Virus record (IMG/VR): IMGVR_UViG_3300010167_000013
Reading direction: 5' to 3' (one strand)
Source: a virus
Taxonomy: Duplodnaviria; Caudoviricetes
Length of the DNA: 64,000 nt
Part shown: one piece after another, positions 27,201-35,040 of the stretch
How positions within the stretch are numbered: position 1 is the stretch's first letter
How the letters are laid out: the number at the start of each line of letters is the position of its first letter
Translations under genes and position numbers: made by a program
Notes under the pieces: generated by a model
Told to the model about the DNA's origin: nothing
Database searches by the model: none
Seen by the model: only the letters and a program-made list of their open reading frames with translations

Positions 27201-27261
27201 GAGCTTTTGGATCGTCCCAAGTCCTACTCTGAATAATTTCTCTGCCTATCAGTGCACCCAT
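24256..27261 (-). CDS. Long tail fibre-like protein with D.SVT..K(I/L) repeats
   Basis: NPH.V and GLGNVDNTSDLDKPIS motifs, many DLSVTTDK-type 10-aa repeats and repeated NRVL.V.....DP.W modules. Late-type motif AACC-N6-TA at 27295-27306. Confidence 0.7.
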   Translation of the reverse strand: MGALIGREIIQSRTWDDPKAPPPPNLNFKETFPITVFKAVRAEMNKEDSITLEEILDHIHKELEIKQPIFAAKPANYLMTFAGSPGAVGAIQISKSIPSDPSSQSHSKIPTEKAIGELLVKLGIIDEDGSIDPDSGMKIRWVDIVGRPETYQDLGLNDDGFMTQKATTEAIDIITDRIDNLESDVQGDLIITSTKLGNHLSNFDNPHAVTLSQLNGVSSDAFEFHTDNYDNPHQVSKVQVGLGNVDNTSDLDKPISDKTQAALDIVNSIINNISTDLGDTNFVVGASYNQTSGNLTLDLKDGSIITLFIPINGLIYDAHYDSMTKEFVLTKLSGSDQRVDLKDLFIRYLGSVETNITLVVDGDQITGEQIISATINSGSITEDLISSGAVIERILATNSVTTTKIKDLSITTIKLADDSITTEKLEGLSVTTTKLADRAVTGKKLFSSSVANRVLGVNAVGSDPIWMQVNSDMISHGAVRTNNIMDLNVTTGKLEDLSVTTDKMNDLSVTGIKIAPLAISADKLATKSVTSVKIEDDILLPGTPKIGIRPASVSSNNQIPDTKWVKDQLDAIEISAENIAPRSVDGKALFTSPTPNRILGVYTANGDPAWGTVNTSMMGLNSVNTPHLTDLSVTADKISDGAILSRHLTNNIVQTNNIVNDAVTSAKMWKSKDGNRVLAAVEDDGNPIYTRINKQMLLDNIIAGNHIENRSIPANKLQSSSTANRVMAVVGSNTDPTWTQVTSSMIASRAVNGTNMFTSSFPYRVLAVNPLFGTDPAWLQVTGEMIQTRTIDRLQLKEGSVWAEHLQDKTVHHNHIMDWTIRSNNIAPRAVGGTELFTSTVPNRVLAVTSVLDVDPDWLQVTTDMIEDLAVTKDKLFRSNYSYRVLGATKPNAPPEYLMVTGDFIANDTITSEKLVHNLNLHGTPTVSVRPSPMADNRQIPDTKWVRETIMQMIAEYMTPGEGGGWTPGTPGDIDVSTMVSFDKGIAPDPNKVVMWKDSLS

Positions 27262-27307
27262 TTATATTTCACCCCTTGGTAATCAATATTGATTTAAGAA
27301 GAGGTTC

Positions 27308-27335
27308 GGTAGTAGGGGAAAGCTCCCCTACTACC
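27308..27335. terminator. Inverted repeat / terminator
   Basis: GGTAGTAGGGGA-AAGC-TCCCCTACTACC. Confidence 0.65.
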
Positions 27336-27342
27336 AGTATGA

Positions 27343-27498
27343 TTACTCAGATTCCCCTTCACGTATTTCAACTTTGGTGTCTTTGAGTTTGGCTGCTACA
27401 TCCGACTTGAGATCTTCTGGCACATCCTCGATCGTCTTGACCTTTCGTTTGATCAACTTGGCAAATAGATTGCTGAGCGCGTTATCTGTACTCTTCAT
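27343..27498 (-). CDS. CD1375-like small fibre-associated protein (51 aa, absent from the ORF track)
   Basis: MKSTDNALSNLFAKLIKRKVKTIEDVPEDLKSDVAAKLKD...; LI....KTIEDVP..L...V is the family signature. RBS GGAG. Confidence 0.7.
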   Translation of the reverse strand: MKSTDNALSNLFAKLIKRKVKTIEDVPEDLKSDVAAKLKDTKVEIREGESE

Positions 27499-27529
27499 TC
27501 TTATTCATCTCCATTCTTATTGTGCATTA

Positions 27530-27541
27530 TACCTTAGTGTT
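27530..27541 (-). promoter_or_regulatory. Putative late promoter AACA-N6-TA
   Basis: AACA-CTAAGG-TA is an exact match to the AR9 late consensus. Confidence 0.5.
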
Positions 27542-27546
27542 TCAAA

Positions 27547-28113
27547 TCAAGGAAGAATTGGATTGACGAATAATTTATTATAAAAACCTATGTGTTTTGA
27601 GGATACAACAAGTTTTTGGTTATCACATTTATAAATATAAGGTCTGATGTTGAATACCCAACATCTCTTCATGAATGCTAGTAGTAAATCATCAGTGGTA
27701 TCCTCAGATATGTTGATGTGGATTGTACTCATTGCTCTGTGGAGCATTCTCACATATGCCAATGAGTTCAATTCGATATATGGTATCCAATGATTATGAT
27801 GCTCCATGTATCTATCATTTGTATCTGGATTGTACAAGATATTTACATTTGTGTCAGCGACCAGTTCTCGAATCTTACTTCCAGGATAATGTCTCAAGAT
27901 ATGCATATCGATGTAGAGATCGACACATACATCTGGACAATGTATACTACTCATCGATATCAGTTCAATTGCATCAAGTGCAGCACGTTGATTCAACTCG
28001 ATTAGTGATATCTCTAGTGTGTATTTCCCCTTAGTGTGTTTTGTTCTATATCTATACCCAAATAGGTTCTGAAGTTGATTCTTGTAGGAATCCTGATGTA
28101 AAGTTAGCATCAT
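27547..28113 (-). CDS. Hypothetical protein in the radical SAM operon
   Basis: ATGA-coupled to the upstream gene. Confidence 0.6.
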   Translation of the reverse strand: MMLTLHQDSYKNQLQNLFGYRYRTKHTKGKYTLEISLIELNQRAALDAIELISMSSIHCPDVCVDLYIDMHILRHYPGSKIRELVADTNVNILYNPDTNDRYMEHHNHWIPYIELNSLAYVRMLHRAMSTIHINISEDTTDDLLLAFMKRCWVFNIRPYIYKCDNQKLVVSSKHIGFYNKLFVNPILP

Positions 28114-28457
28114 CTATCCTCCCCATACATAAATATACTAATCACTAAGTTGTCGTCCAGTATGTGTGGTTCTGGAGGAAGGTTATTGTGTGTCTTAGAT
28201 CTACCGAACTTGTTGTGGTGGTACAACCTCACACAATTTCTGATGATATCATTTCCATACTTTGTGTCATTGATATATGCTAATTCATTGATGGTGAGTA
28301 AGGTTTCTCCGTCATAACTATTGAGGTCCTTCATCGTGACAATGTAATCAATAACAGTGGCTAGGACTTCTTCAGTGGTTCCGAATTCTCTGAATTGATT
28401 TACCAGATCTAGTGAGAGTTTCTTATCCAGTGTAGATTGATTTACTGACATTCGCAA
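28110..28457 (-). CDS. Hypothetical protein in the radical SAM operon
   Basis: Overlaps the end of the radical SAM gene. Confidence 0.6.
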   Translation of the reverse strand: MRMSVNQSTLDKKLSLDLVNQFREFGTTEEVLATVIDYIVTMKDLNSYDGETLLTINELAYINDTKYGNDIIRNCVRLYHHNKFGRSKTHNNLPPEPHILDDNLVISIFMYGEDR

Positions 28458-29773
28458 CCAACCTCCCCTAGATCCAAATATGCATTTATCAAATAATCAC
28501 GGTAGGTATCTCCCTTATTTTTGATTAGTGCATCAAGTATTCCTAGTTCATCATAGTACTCATACAAGAATTTGAACTTGGATTGATATAATTTGCATAC
28601 TGATTCCACTGGCATGAATACTTCCTTGTTGGTCTCATAGTTGGAACCTAGGCAACCTTTTGTACAGAACGATTTGATTGGACATGAATAGCACTTCAGC
28701 TGAAATGCTGCTGGAAGAGATTTGATCGATAGATACTGTGTCACAAATTCCCCTTCGATATCAATAATCTTTTCTTGGTTTTCATCCAAGATAAACCTAC
28801 CAGCTATGAATTCTGGATACATCAATCGGTGACATGGAACTACAGTTAGGTCTGCCATTCTGACAGCTATTGATTTCTGAATGCTGCATGATATTGCATC
28901 GTCGTATCTTTTATTGGCATTTCTAAGAATCAATGCAGTAATGTCTTCTGGTCCATTCACTAAGTTATCAACATATCTCTTAGCATCGTAGTCAAAATAT
29001 TCCATCTTTTTGTCTATCATATGTTTCAGAAAGTTGATATAGTGAGCGATGGATTCCTCTGTCCATCCATCGTTCCTTACTTCCAACATATTTAGTTTGA
29101 ATTTCTCCCCATGATCACCGAGCATTTCGATGAACCAATCCCAGTTGTCAGGCCATTCCTCAATATTGTTATGATGCACCATCGCATGAAAGCTATAATT
29201 ATACTTCCTTGCAAATGCCATGAGTTTCTCGTAGTACTCATCGCCTCTGGACTGATTCTTACTCTTGTATGGTCTATTACATTCCATGAACTTCCCGTCA
29301 TCAGAGATAGATAGATATACTCGTTTACTGGTATCAATGAACTTCTCAACGATATCTTCGACTCTTCTTGTCTTCTCATCATCCAGGATAAAAGAATAGT
29401 TTGTTGGAATATCAACATACTGGAACAGAGTTGGGCACTCTATCATTTTCTGGTGAACTAGATCTAGTACCTGGAATCCTATTTCTTGAGAAAATATTTC
29501 TCCAGAGAAAAGGGACAACCTACCTTGGTACTCATTCTCTATCAAGAAGTCTAAAAATATTTCAGTATTCCTCAGAATGCTTTCACCGTTCTCAAATACA
29601 GATGATGGATACAGTTGATGCCCATATCTATGCATGTAACAGTAGGTGCATGCCTGATCACATTCTGGTGATAGTATGAGTTCAATGGATGGGATTGAAT
29701 TATTAGCCCCACTGAGACCTCTCATCAGATAACTCTTCAAGAGCAAATCATTTTCCTTCTGATATGATATCAT
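28442..29773 (-). CDS. Radical SAM protein with SPASM domain
   Basis: CDQACTYC, LFSGE, ISDDG. SPASM cysteines SCSIQ...VPCHR...CYSCPIKSFCTKGCLG...VCK. Confidence 0.88.
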   Translation of the reverse strand: MISYQKENDLLLKSYLMRGLSGANNSIPSIELILSPECDQACTYCYMHRYGHQLYPSSVFENGESILRNTEIFLDFLIENEYQGRLSLFSGEIFSQEIGFQVLDLVHQKMIECPTLFQYVDIPTNYSFILDDEKTRRVEDIVEKFIDTSKRVYLSISDDGKFMECNRPYKSKNQSRGDEYYEKLMAFARKYNYSFHAMVHHNNIEEWPDNWDWFIEMLGDHGEKFKLNMLEVRNDGWTEESIAHYINFLKHMIDKKMEYFDYDAKRYVDNLVNGPEDITALILRNANKRYDDAISCSIQKSIAVRMADLTVVPCHRLMYPEFIAGRFILDENQEKIIDIEGEFVTQYLSIKSLPAAFQLKCYSCPIKSFCTKGCLGSNYETNKEVFMPVESVCKLYQSKFKFLYEYYDELGILDALIKNKGDTYRDYLINAYLDLGEVGCECQ

Positions 29774-31236
29774 GCGAACATCTCCTTCTTACTATCTCTG
29801 AGGTGTCTTTCGTACAGTAATTCAAATGTTCCATTCAACAATAACTTAGCCATTGACGTATCGGGAACAAGGAAATGATTTGTTATCTGCAAATTATGAA
29901 TTATGCATTCATTGATCCTCTTGAGGAATATAACAGCTCTATTCCTCATCTTCTTGCTATTCTTGAACATTGGACTTATTTGACCAGCCTGTGCTAATTC
30001 ATAGACTAGTGCCGAGATAGCTGAGAATGTTATTAATGCTCCTGCTCTGGTGGCATATGCCTCCATATTTTTTACCTTGGCAACATTCTCTGGAGAGGTA
30101 TCATTGATATTTAGCGATAGTAGATTTGAATTTCTTTCAAACATATATTTTGAATTGCGTTGCTTCGGAACTACCTTTCGATCAAAGATTGTACCTTCTA
30201 TCTTGCTATTCACAAGTGAATCTTCGTAGAACTTTGTGCTCAACATCCCAGTAGTCTTTGAACATACCCCATATGTTTTCCCATCGGGATGGAGTCCAAT
30301 GGTACTATACCCTCCGGAGCAACAACTATATCCAACATTATCAATGGTGGTATTCGGGTTTTCCATTTGATCGTATATTGTAGGGAATTCTTGGTCTAAC
30401 CATAGCATGGTATCATACAATGGTAAGAACAGCTGATCCCTATTTCTATCACTAATATCAAGTACCATCTTGACGAACTCAGCTAACTTCTTACCATCTT
30501 CTTGAGTGTATTCCCCAGGAGCAACAAAGTTTGGGATAGACATCATTTGAATATCTAAATTATTGGATGTTGGTATGTTATTCAATCCAACATGTAGATC
30601 CTCAAAGAACTTGTAGTATTTTATCACGGATTCTTCATCTACTAAAACATTTGTTATTGTGTCCATACATAGTGTAGATTTCGCGATTATTGATACACCA
30701 ACATTTCCTGGAACACTTGAGTCCAATAGATATACAAGAGGTTTGAGATTATTGACCACGGTCTCAGTTACCCCTGATTTCTGATTTGATATGAACAGTC
30801 TATGACGATCTGTTACCTCGGATGGTCCGTCAAGTGACACCTGAATATGGACATGAAACTCTCTGTTCATATCCTTGTATCTGTAGTTCTTCATTATGTC
30901 AACAAATCTACCTAATTCAGTAATATTGGTGGTGAGGTTAGTGAGAAGGGTAAAGTGATACAGATTCGGAAACTCATCCAAGTAGGTATCTAATTTGTCA
31001 TTGAGTAGGGACAGATTAAGGAGTAATTCTCCTCCAGTAATATATAGCTGGGTGAGGTGATGTCTGTTCTCTCCATAAATCTTCTTCAATGATTCAAGGA
31101 GGATATTCTCCTTCAGAGCTTTCCTGACTACTTTGTCGTAGTCAAAGATTGCTTTGTTTTTGTGAATGTAGCAATAATCGCACTTCAAGTTACATTTAGT
31201 GCTCAACGCAATGTGAACTACATTTGGTTCAATCAT
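29770..31236 (-). CDS. Radical SAM protein with reduced (twitch-like) auxiliary Cys domain
   Basis: CNLKCDYCY, ITGGE, LLTN, QVSLDGP...DRHR and CCSGG...GVC...EC. Likely start 31236 (ORF open to 31293). Confidence 0.85.
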   Translation of the reverse strand: MIEPNVVHIALSTKCNLKCDYCYIHKNKAIFDYDKVVRKALKENILLESLKKIYGENRHHLTQLYITGGELLLNLSLLNDKLDTYLDEFPNLYHFTLLTNLTTNITELGRFVDIMKNYRYKDMNREFHVHIQVSLDGPSEVTDRHRLFISNQKSGVTETVVNNLKPLVYLLDSSVPGNVGVSIIAKSTLCMDTITNVLVDEESVIKYYKFFEDLHVGLNNIPTSNNLDIQMMSIPNFVAPGEYTQEDGKKLAEFVKMVLDISDRNRDQLFLPLYDTMLWLDQEFPTIYDQMENPNTTIDNVGYSCCSGGYSTIGLHPDGKTYGVCSKTTGMLSTKFYEDSLVNSKIEGTIFDRKVVPKQRNSKYMFERNSNLLSLNINDTSPENVAKVKNMEAYATRAGALITFSAISALVYELAQAGQISPMFKNSKKMRNRAVIFLKRINECIIHNLQITNHFLVPDTSMAKLLLNGTFELLYERHLRDSKKEMFA

Positions 31237-31391
31237 TAGAATGCCTCTTTTCTTTTCTACCATCCGATTACTAGTAATTAATGACATACTCACAGTATTT
31301 TCCTGATGGTTGAAATTTTATATCATTGGTCTACCATCACGAGGAATTTATACTGATACATAATATTCAACCTAATGAGGGAGTGATAATA

Positions 31392-31913
31392 ATGGATCTC
31401 ACCACCAGTTACTACAGCGCTAGCTACCATGTGTTCAGAGCCGGATTCGTATCATTGATAAATGATCGAGAAGCTTTCATGCAACATTACCATGAGAACT
31501 CAGCTCACATGCATAGAACCATGAGAGAAGATTTGGCAAAGATGCTTTGCTACAGTAAGATCTTTGTTAACAAGAGTGATGAGGAATTACCGTTGCTGAA
31601 GGAGTACCTGGATGTAATTCTAGACCATCCAGGTAGATCAAAGTATTACTATGACAAGTTTATTTTCGACAGGAAGTTTGGTAGCAGGTCTATATCTGAG
31701 AACATAGCTGAGATCGAGAAGCTGATCGAAGAAACCAGTAAACTTGATGAACCTCTGTACGATATATTTCTTCATGAAATATTGATGGGTTTATTGTTGG
31801 AAAGTGGAGACACCGAGAAGATCAGGAAAAACAAAGACAAGAAAAAAGAGTTTAGATCCAATGTTCAGAAAAGATCATTCGACAGAAGATACGTACCGAC
31901 ATCAAAAAAATAG
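31392..31913 (+). CDS. Helical hypothetical protein (one copy of a domain duplicated in the next gene)
   Basis: SLINDREAFMQHYHEN...LLKEYLDVIL aligns with both halves of 31928-32992. Confidence 0.65.
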   Translation: MDLTTSYYSASYHVFRAGFVSLINDREAFMQHYHENSAHMHRTMREDLAKMLCYSKIFVNKSDEELPLLKEYLDVILDHPGRSKYYYDKFIFDRKFGSRSISENIAEIEKLIEETSKLDEPLYDIFLHEILMGLLLESGDTEKIRKNKDKKKEFRSNVQKRSFDRRYVPTSKK

Positions 31914-31927
31914 GAGGTTGATTACTA

Positions 31928-32992
31928 ATGTTATCTGATGTAGAAAGCAAACAAATGATCAATAGCCTGATATTATTGTTTGACAATGAGACAGAGTTCA
32001 TCAACCTATACAATACCAACAAACACACGTTTGATGATTCTTTCAGGAAGAAACTTCTGATCGCCATGAGACGTAATTTCAGATTCAATCATGACTCATA
32101 TAACGAAGATGGTATTTCGTTATTCCGTACATATATCTACACGATAATCGAAGATGAAGTAGATGCAAACTTCGAGTTCAAGATGTACATTGAATACGAG
32201 AAGAGTCGCTGTTTGACAATGGATGTGAGGTATCCAAAGGTTCTTGAGTTCCTGAATGAGACTGATAAGCTAGAGCACAAGATACTGATCAACATTAGGC
32301 TGTTGCAGTATCAGCTGTTCTTGTTCAACATTGACAAGATCAAAGAGCATCAGAACACAGTGAAGGGATTATTAGCTCAGAGAGATCCTAGTGTTAGGAC
32401 TGACCATGACGAATACCTCGAGCAATTATTTGTCACATTAGCAGACTTTGTCGTGTTGATAATGGATGAGGAAGAGTTCAAATCTTACTACAACACAAAC
32501 AAGCATGTGTTGGATGAATACATGAAATACAAACTGTTGAATATCATAGTCACTAGATTTAGGCATGATCCTGCATTCAACGATGACATCCTCAAGGAAT
32601 ATATTGCATTGATTCTTGGAGAAGAAGCTGTAGAGTTCACGTATGCTGTTTATTTAGAAAAAAATGTATTCAGGTCTCAAGCTTCTCACAAGATAGATGA
32701 AAGAATAGCAAAGTTCGAAGCTCTGTTGGATGGAGAAGAGAATCATGACAGACTCAGGAGACTTCATCTTGAGCTGATGGATCTCAATCAGATAGCTGGA
32801 AACATCGACAAGGTTACGGATCATGCACTTCAATTCAATCAACTGATGATGGAAAGAGAGCAATATGGTTCCATGTTCAGCTATGAAAATGTCTATGGAA
32901 TAAACAATGACGACAATGATAGTACATGGAAAGAACATCTCTACAGCCTGGGAAATAACCAGATAGTTAGCGATGCGTACAATTTAGCATAA
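31928..32992 (+). CDS. Helical protein with an internal duplication
   Basis: DNETEFINLYNTNKHTFDDSFRKKLL versus DEEEFKSYYNTNKHVLDEYMKYKLL. Confidence 0.7.
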   Translation: MLSDVESKQMINSLILLFDNETEFINLYNTNKHTFDDSFRKKLLIAMRRNFRFNHDSYNEDGISLFRTYIYTIIEDEVDANFEFKMYIEYEKSRCLTMDVRYPKVLEFLNETDKLEHKILINIRLLQYQLFLFNIDKIKEHQNTVKGLLAQRDPSVRTDHDEYLEQLFVTLADFVVLIMDEEEFKSYYNTNKHVLDEYMKYKLLNIIVTRFRHDPAFNDDILKEYIALILGEEAVEFTYAVYLEKNVFRSQASHKIDERIAKFEALLDGEENHDRLRRLHLELMDLNQIAGNIDKVTDHALQFNQLMMEREQYGSMFSYENVYGINNDDNDSTWKEHLYSLGNNQIVSDAYNLA

Positions 32993-33000
32993 AACCAATT

Positions 33001-33034
33001 TAATATAGCAGTGCCGATCGGCACTGCTATATTA
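33001..33034. terminator. Perfect palindrome, bidirectional terminator
   Basis: TAATATAGCAGTGCCGATCGGCACTGCTATATTA. Confidence 0.7.
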
Positions 33035-33046
33035 CTATTTTTTACA

Positions 33047-33523
33047 TTATTTGCCCGGAGTATATGAACCGCCATTGTACGAAGATTGTACACTAGATTG
33101 CACAGGACTATTGTTAGCTGGACATGAATCGTAAGATGAATCATGAGAGTTACAAGTAGCGTAATTACTACCGCCATAATAGCTAGAAGTATTTACAGGG
33201 CTATTGTGTGCACATGGTACAGTCTCTTTAGAGTTTAACCAAGTTTCCATAGTTGCAAGGCGAGATGCCTGAATGAGAGTGCTGTTTGCTGTAACATTCC
33301 CACCAGCATTTGCTACAGCCCCAAGAGCACTTATAGTACCAAGAGTATTATACCCAGCTATGACACTATTCATTTCAGCTGCACTAACTGGGTTAGAATT
33401 CATAGATGCAAATGTATAATTTGATAGCTGGTGTTTTGTTCGTAGATTATTTATTGCAGTTCGAATATTAGTTAGTTGAGCAGATTGAACTACCGAGTTG
33501 CTAGTTGTTAGTGAGAGTGCCAT
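33047..33523 (-). CDS. Small fibre-like protein with a Ser/Asn/Tyr/Cys repeat tail; candidate radical SAM substrate
   Basis: N-terminal helices SAQLTNIRTAIN, VSAAEMNSVIAG and IQASRLATMETWL. Tail CAHNSPVNTSSYYGGSNYATCNSHDSSYDSCPANNSPVQSSVQSSYNGGSY. Confidence 0.55.
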   Translation of the reverse strand: MALSLTTSNSVVQSAQLTNIRTAINNLRTKHQLSNYTFASMNSNPVSAAEMNSVIAGYNTLGTISALGAVANAGGNVTANSTLIQASRLATMETWLNSKETVPCAHNSPVNTSSYYGGSNYATCNSHDSSYDSCPANNSPVQSSVQSSYNGGSYTPGK

Positions 33524-33563
33524 TCATTTATACCTCCTTCTCGAGGATTTCATAATGCATATA

Positions 33564-33905
33564 TCATGAAGCGATCTCTTTGTAAAAGTCTATCAAGTCA
33601 GGATCATTAATCCAGAATACCATTTCTTCAATGGTTTCATCGTTTACGTATTCAATCCTAGATGGCCCATAGCAATATACATGAGGATCATCTCGTACCT
33701 TGATTTTTATATAAGATATGTCAGGACTATTCGGGTCTAACAATCTTCCAAAACGTTTTCTGACACGAGTAGAGAAATTTCCAGCCACACTTCGTATTGA
33801 AAAATATGGATTAGTTTCTTCTTCGTGGATATCTATGATGAATCCTTGTTCAAAGCCAAAGCTACTTTGATCATTCAATATTACAGATATTGACTCAGAT
33901 ATCAT
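33564..33905 (-). CDS. Hypothetical protein
   Basis: ORF with RBS GGAGG. Confidence 0.6.
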   Translation of the reverse strand: MISESISVILNDQSSFGFEQGFIIDIHEEETNPYFSIRSVAGNFSTRVRKRFGRLLDPNSPDISYIKIKVRDDPHVYCYGPSRIEYVNDETIEEMVFWINDPDLIDFYKEIAS

Positions 33906-33930
33906 GCTCTCATAACCTCCCTCTTATGCA

Positions 33931-33965
33931 AATAAAAGGAGATTCTCAGAGAATCTCCTTTTATT
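33931..33965. terminator. Inverted repeat / terminator
   Basis: AATAAAAGGAGATTCTC-A-GAGAATCTCCTTTTATT. Confidence 0.6.
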
Positions 33966-33978
33966 CAATATTATCATA

Positions 33979-34299
33979 TCAAGAGTAAGTAATAGCACTA
34001 CGATCCTGAGCAATGAAGCTTATGATTTCTTGATCATCACTAGAATTGTAGGTGTACTCACACGTTCCCAGAGATACTTTGCTTCCACCCATTTCAAAAG
34101 AAACGTCAAACTTTATATCATCACCATTTATTTTACTGAAGAGATCGTTGAGTTTCTTCTTCATGGCAAACTTATCTTCACCTAACGAGGATATCGTGAG
34201 ATATGAAGTGAGCTTACTTTCATACAATCTCATGTCGAACCCTGTGAGATCATAATCAAACTTTTTCTTATTCACTTGAACTGTCAATTTCTTATTCAT
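33979..34299 (-). CDS. Hypothetical protein
   Basis: ORF with RBS GGAGGAG. Confidence 0.6.
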   Translation of the reverse strand: MNKKLTVQVNKKKFDYDLTGFDMRLYESKLTSYLTISSLGEDKFAMKKKLNDLFSKINGDDIKFDVSFEMGGSKVSLGTCEYTYNSSDDQEIISFIAQDRSAITYS

Positions 34300-34356
34300 G
34301 CGATCACTGCTCCTCCGTTCTTTTTTATTAGATAAAGTGAACGTCCAATCGTGTTT

Positions 34357-34965
34357 TTATATATTGCAGATCAGCATGGATATTCTCTCTACAGAGTCTC
34401 CGAAATGATCTTCAAGAGCTTTGCCTATCACAGTACCGGGAGTTCTAAATTCCGATTTAGCTGCAACTCCAGGAATGTTTGATATCGACAACAGATCCCC
34501 TTTTTGAATATTTCCAGTAGCTTTGACGCTGACCCTACCAGCTATACCTACTGGCACATAGTTTTTCACTGTTTCAGGATCATCTTCATCTGCCCCCAGA
34601 ATAAATCCATACGTATCAGAGTACACTCCAACAATGAGGGTTTTGACCTCCTGGATATATTTGGTTATTCCATTTTCTCCCCAGAACACAACATCACCTG
34701 GTGTGATTATTTCTCTGGGGTCATCCTTTATCATCCACTCAGCAAGGTCGTTGTACACAGCCTGTTGTACTCTGCTGGCTGTGTTTATTATTGTCGTTGC
34801 TCCATGAATGAGAGTTCTAGTAGCCCCTATTGTCAGATTTCCACCACTAACTGTAAGATTAGCATTCATAGTAAGAGCACCAGTCATGGTGTCTCCGCTT
34901 CTATTTACTTTGTTTTCCCAGCTAGTACGGTCAGCTAGATCAATATGATGATTTTTGTTAGCCAT
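34357..34965 (-). CDS. Short tail fibre with a C-terminal autocleaving intramolecular chaperone (peptidase G2-like)
   Basis: KVNRSGDTMTGAL fibre repeat, then YNDLAE...PGDVV...VGVYSD...VPVGIAGRVSVK..G.I..GDLL...PG.A...IGKALE. Confidence 0.75.
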   Translation of the reverse strand: MANKNHHIDLADRTSWENKVNRSGDTMTGALTMNANLTVSGGNLTIGATRTLIHGATTIINTASRVQQAVYNDLAEWMIKDDPREIITPGDVVFWGENGITKYIQEVKTLIVGVYSDTYGFILGADEDDPETVKNYVPVGIAGRVSVKATGNIQKGDLLSISNIPGVAAKSEFRTPGTVIGKALEDHFGDSVERISMLICNI

Positions 34966-35040
34966 TGTTCTTTACTCCTTCCTCTAGGGATGGTCATTAT
35001 ATTTTTGTGACTATCTTATTATGTAATGTAGCCCCATGGT

